IMG/VR virus record: IMGVR_UViG_2593339138_000002 | Source: an uncultured virus (IMG/VR IMGVR_UViG_2593339138_000002) | Taxonomy: Duplodnaviria > Heunggongvirae > Uroviricota > Caudoviricetes | Length of the DNA: 8,672 nt | Strand: one strand, 5' to 3' | Shown here: in pieces, positions 6,232 to 8,672 of the stretch | Position numbering within the stretch: position 1 is the stretch's first letter | Layout of the letters: each line of letters opens with the position of its first letter | Translations under genes and position numbers: made by a program | The notes under the pieces: model-generated | The model's input: only the letters and a program-made list of their open reading frames with translations | The model's database searches: none | What the model was told of the DNA's origin: nothing

Positions 6232-6585
6232 GAGGAACTTGCCCACTTTGAAATGATATCGGCGATACTCTATCAGCTCACCAAGGACCTGTCCATGGAG
6301 GAGATAAAGGCAAGCGGCTTTGATACCTACTTTGTGGATCATACTACGGGCATTTACCCCGTAGCTGCCTCGGGAACGCCCTTTACAGCGGCTTATTTCC
6401 AGTCCAAGGGCGATATCCTTACGGATATTCAGGAGGACATGGCTGCGGAGCAGAAAGCCCGCACCACCTATGACAATATACTCAGACTTGCGGACGATCC
6501 CGATGTAAGGGACCCCATACGCTTTCTCCGTGAACGTGAGATAGTTCATTACCAGCGGTTCGGTGAACCGTTTCGGTCATGGTGA
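6232..6585 (+). pseudogene. cotJC: Internal fragment of spore coat protein CotJC (manganese catalase family)
   Basis: From 6232 the frame reads EELAHFEMISAILYQLT..YFVDHTTGIYPVAASGTPFTAAYFQSKGD..DIQEDMAAEQKARTTY..FLREREIVHYQRFGE, all CotJC-type motifs. Upstream the expected TDIGT is replaced by YHYCA, and there is no well-spaced RBS for ATG 6253. After RFGE the frame gives PFRSW-stop. Confidence 0.88.
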
Positions 6586-6662
6586 AGCACAGTAAGCGTA
6601 GAGCCGCCGCTCCCTGTTTTGCGGCAGCGCTTTTCTGCTGGGAAACTTTTATGCCGCTTATC

Positions 6663-6691
6663 TTGCCTTTTTGAAGCTTTTATGTTATAAT
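6663..6691 (+). promoter_or_regulatory. Sigma-A-type promoter
   Basis: TTGCCT, 17 nt, then TATAAT with extended TG, upstream of the ORF at 6728. Confidence 0.6.
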
Positions 6692-6727
6692 TTATAAAAC
6701 ACAGAGAAAAAGAGATGAGGAGAGAAA

Positions 6728-7093
6728 ATGGATAATTTCTATGAGAAAATGAACGAGGAGTGCGGTGTGAGACTGCCTTTTTCGGGTGAACAGGACTGGG
6801 AGTGGTGTGCAGGCGACCCCAAGCACACAGATGACTATATCGCTTTCTACAACAGGCATTCCGAGGATATGGACATCTGGCAGAAATACCTTGCTGTGAA
6901 CCTTATCGTGCAGGGGATAGAAGACCTGCTGGAGCAGGACGGGGAGCAGGCTGCGGCGGACAGGCTGTGGGCTGACACGAAGGAGATACTTCTCCGCGAT
7001 AATCACAGGCATACCATTTTTTCGTGGTCATGTGTGGACGAGGAGCCCGAGGACTGCTGGAATATCACTCCGCGAATGAGGGAGCTGCTGTGA
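6728..7093 (+). CDS. Acidic, Trp-rich hypothetical protein, 121 aa
   Basis: RBS GAGGAG at 6717-6722 and its own predicted promoter. No family recognised. Confidence 0.75.
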   Translation: MDNFYEKMNEECGVRLPFSGEQDWEWCAGDPKHTDDYIAFYNRHSEDMDIWQKYLAVNLIVQGIEDLLEQDGEQAAADRLWADTKEILLRDNHRHTIFSWSCVDEEPEDCWNITPRMRELL

Positions 7094-7160
7094 GATCAGC
7101 TGATGAACTATAGATCATAACTGAACAAGAACTAAAAAACGCAGGAATTTGAGGAATAAT

Positions 7161-8009
7161 ATGAAGTATAATTTTAGGACAGATTTGAAATATGTTGATA
7201 TAAACGGTCATAAGCTGCACATATTCAGGGCAGGAGATGGGAGAAAGCCAAAGCTTGTGTTCATGTCAGGCTCGGGGACCGCAGCACCCATGTATGTTTT
7301 TAAGATACTGTATGAGAAGCTGATCGGAGATTTCAGGATCATAGTTATAGAAAAATTCGGTTACGGTTACTCTGACTTGTATGAAGGTTCATGTAAAATA
7401 GACGATGTTATAGCTTATCAGAGAAAGGCGCTGGAGTCCGCAGGTGAAAAGCCGCCTTATGTTCTTCTGCCGCACTCTATGAGCGGTCTGGAGGCTATCA
7501 GGTGGAAACAGCTGTATCCCGAAGATGTAGCGGCGATCATCGGACTTGATATGGCAACGCCAATAACCTACATGGAGTGGAGTGACAGTGAGATAAAAAA
7601 GCGAATAGGTCTTATGAAGAAATTTCAGAAGCTCAACAGACTGGGGTTGCTTTTCTGGTATCCATTGAGCAGGCGCGGACTTGATAAAAATGAATGCAGG
7701 GAGCTTAAGCTGCTCAAAAAGAGAAATCTGATGAACGACTGTTATATAAATGAAGCGAGAGCGGTGCAGGCTAATGCTAAGGTCACCGCATCATCGGAAA
7801 TGCCACGCTGTCCTATGCTGATGTTCGTGTCAGACGGTAAACAGGTATCGGCTAATTGGCGTGAGAACGAGCGCAAGTACGCTGCCGGTGTTGGCGCCGA
7901 AACGGTTTTCCTTGACTGCGGTCACTATATCCACTATTTTGAGAGTGAGCGTATCAGCACAAAGATAAGAGAGTTTATATCCAAAAAGGAACTCTTTAAA
8001 GATACATAA
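7161..8009 (+). CDS. Alpha/beta-fold hydrolase, 282 aa
   Basis: RBS GAGGA at 7151-7155 before ATG 7161. Motifs LVFMSGSG, EKFGYGYSD, nucleophile elbow PHSMSG, AIIGLD and catalytic His in CGHYIH. Confidence 0.9.
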   Translation: MKYNFRTDLKYVDINGHKLHIFRAGDGRKPKLVFMSGSGTAAPMYVFKILYEKLIGDFRIIVIEKFGYGYSDLYEGSCKIDDVIAYQRKALESAGEKPPYVLLPHSMSGLEAIRWKQLYPEDVAAIIGLDMATPITYMEWSDSEIKKRIGLMKKFQKLNRLGLLFWYPLSRRGLDKNECRELKLLKKRNLMNDCYINEARAVQANAKVTASSEMPRCPMLMFVSDGKQVSANWRENERKYAAGVGAETVFLDCGHYIHYFESERISTKIREFISKKELFKDT

Positions 8010-8026
8010 GCACCAACGTATAATAA

Positions 8027-8060
8027 AACAAAAACGGGCAGCCTGCAAGTCTTGCCCGTC
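8027..8060 (-). terminator. Minus-strand terminator candidate
   Basis: ACGGGCA..TGCCCGT stem (8034-8059) followed by a T-rich tract on the minus strand. Confidence 0.55.
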
Positions 8061-8094
8061 AGAGTAAACACACCGAACCAAACCAAATAGTAAC

Positions 8095-8121
8095 AGAGCC
8101 GATACGTTATGTATCGGCTTT
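8095..8121. terminator. Hairpin/terminator between convergent genes
   Basis: AGCCGATAC-GTTAT-GTATCGGCT followed by TT and AT-rich sequence. Confidence 0.6.
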
Positions 8122-8195
8122 AATTATAATGTTATTGTCAGGTTTTGATACCGGCATCCTGTCGAAATGATGATCACAATGTTGTTTAATGATGA

Positions 8196-8672
8196 TCAAT
8201 CCTCAAACATTTCATCATAGATATCTCCCCAATCTTCGCCAATGAATTCTTCTGCCATCGACTCGATGTAGAGGGACTTTATTGTCAAGAAATCGTCGAA
8301 ATCGTTGTATTCCTTGGTCTCGCCTTCAAATATTGACATTATTTTTCCGTCAGAACGTGAGATAAAGACTGTTTCTCCGTCGCCGATCACGGAAGCGATG
8401 ATAATTATATCGTTTTCTTCTTTAAGAGTTCCGATTTCGGGCCATGAAAAATCAATAAATTGATCTAAAATAGAAGATTCTGCCGTTAACATGAGCCAGC
8501 TCTTATACTGATGAGGTAAAACTGTATCGTTTTCTTCTTCCCATTCATTGATCTTTTCGAGTGCAGCCGGGGGAGCAAATGTTGAATCTTTGAATTCTGC
8601 CAGAAGTGAACACATATTCTGATAGTATTTGAACTGTTCACTTATTATGGGGTCAATAACAAATTTTTCCAT
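8196..8672 (-). CDS. SMI1/KNR4 (SUKH superfamily) protein, putative toxin-immunity protein; true start may lie outside the window
   Basis: FAPPAALEKINEWEEENDTVLPHQYKSWL..IIIASVIGDGETVFI..FDDFL matches the SMI1/KNR4 pattern; acidic composition. Confidence 0.82.
   Translation of the reverse strand: MEKFVIDPIISEQFKYYQNMCSLLAEFKDSTFAPPAALEKINEWEEENDTVLPHQYKSWLMLTAESSILDQFIDFSWPEIGTLKEENDIIIIASVIGDGETVFISRSDGKIMSIFEGETKEYNDFDDFLTIKSLYIESMAEEFIGEDWGDIYDEMFED

Noticed and set aside
6193..6549. 118-aa minus-strand ORF
   Set aside because: Shadow of the clearly recognisable cotJC frame on the plus strand.
6568..6660. GC-rich hairpin-forming sequence after the cotJC break considered as a group I/II intron 5' end
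   Set aside because: No GTGCG boundary at the junction, no intron-encoded protein, and ordinary promoter-driven genes follow. A DNA-level insertion fits better.

Overview
Right-hand end of a Firmicutes (probably Clostridia, Ruminococcus-like; inference) siphovirus-type prophage. Order of elements: a large tail protein, a tail-fibre/baseplate-like protein, a holin and a GH25 endolysin (1-3733). Next come two terminator-bounded accessory cassettes (3761-4980 and 4981-6207). Each starts with a related copy of one promoter module whose -35/-10 spacer is a palindromic operator, and each encodes its own XRE/Cro-like HTH protein. Cassette 2 also hides an unannotated 41-aa basic peptide opposed by a predicted ~86-nt antisense RNA. 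The phage DNA ends at ~6230 against an internal fragment of a cotJC/manganese-catalase gene. This fragment lacks its N-terminal part and appears to be cut again at ~6565, at a dyad-symmetric, att-like site. It is followed by unrelated genes (hypothetical protein, alpha/beta hydrolase, SMI1/KNR4 protein). Best hypothesis: cotJC is split into at least three pieces by two independent integrated elements and would need two excisions to be rebuilt. All calls come from reading the sequence; no searches were run.
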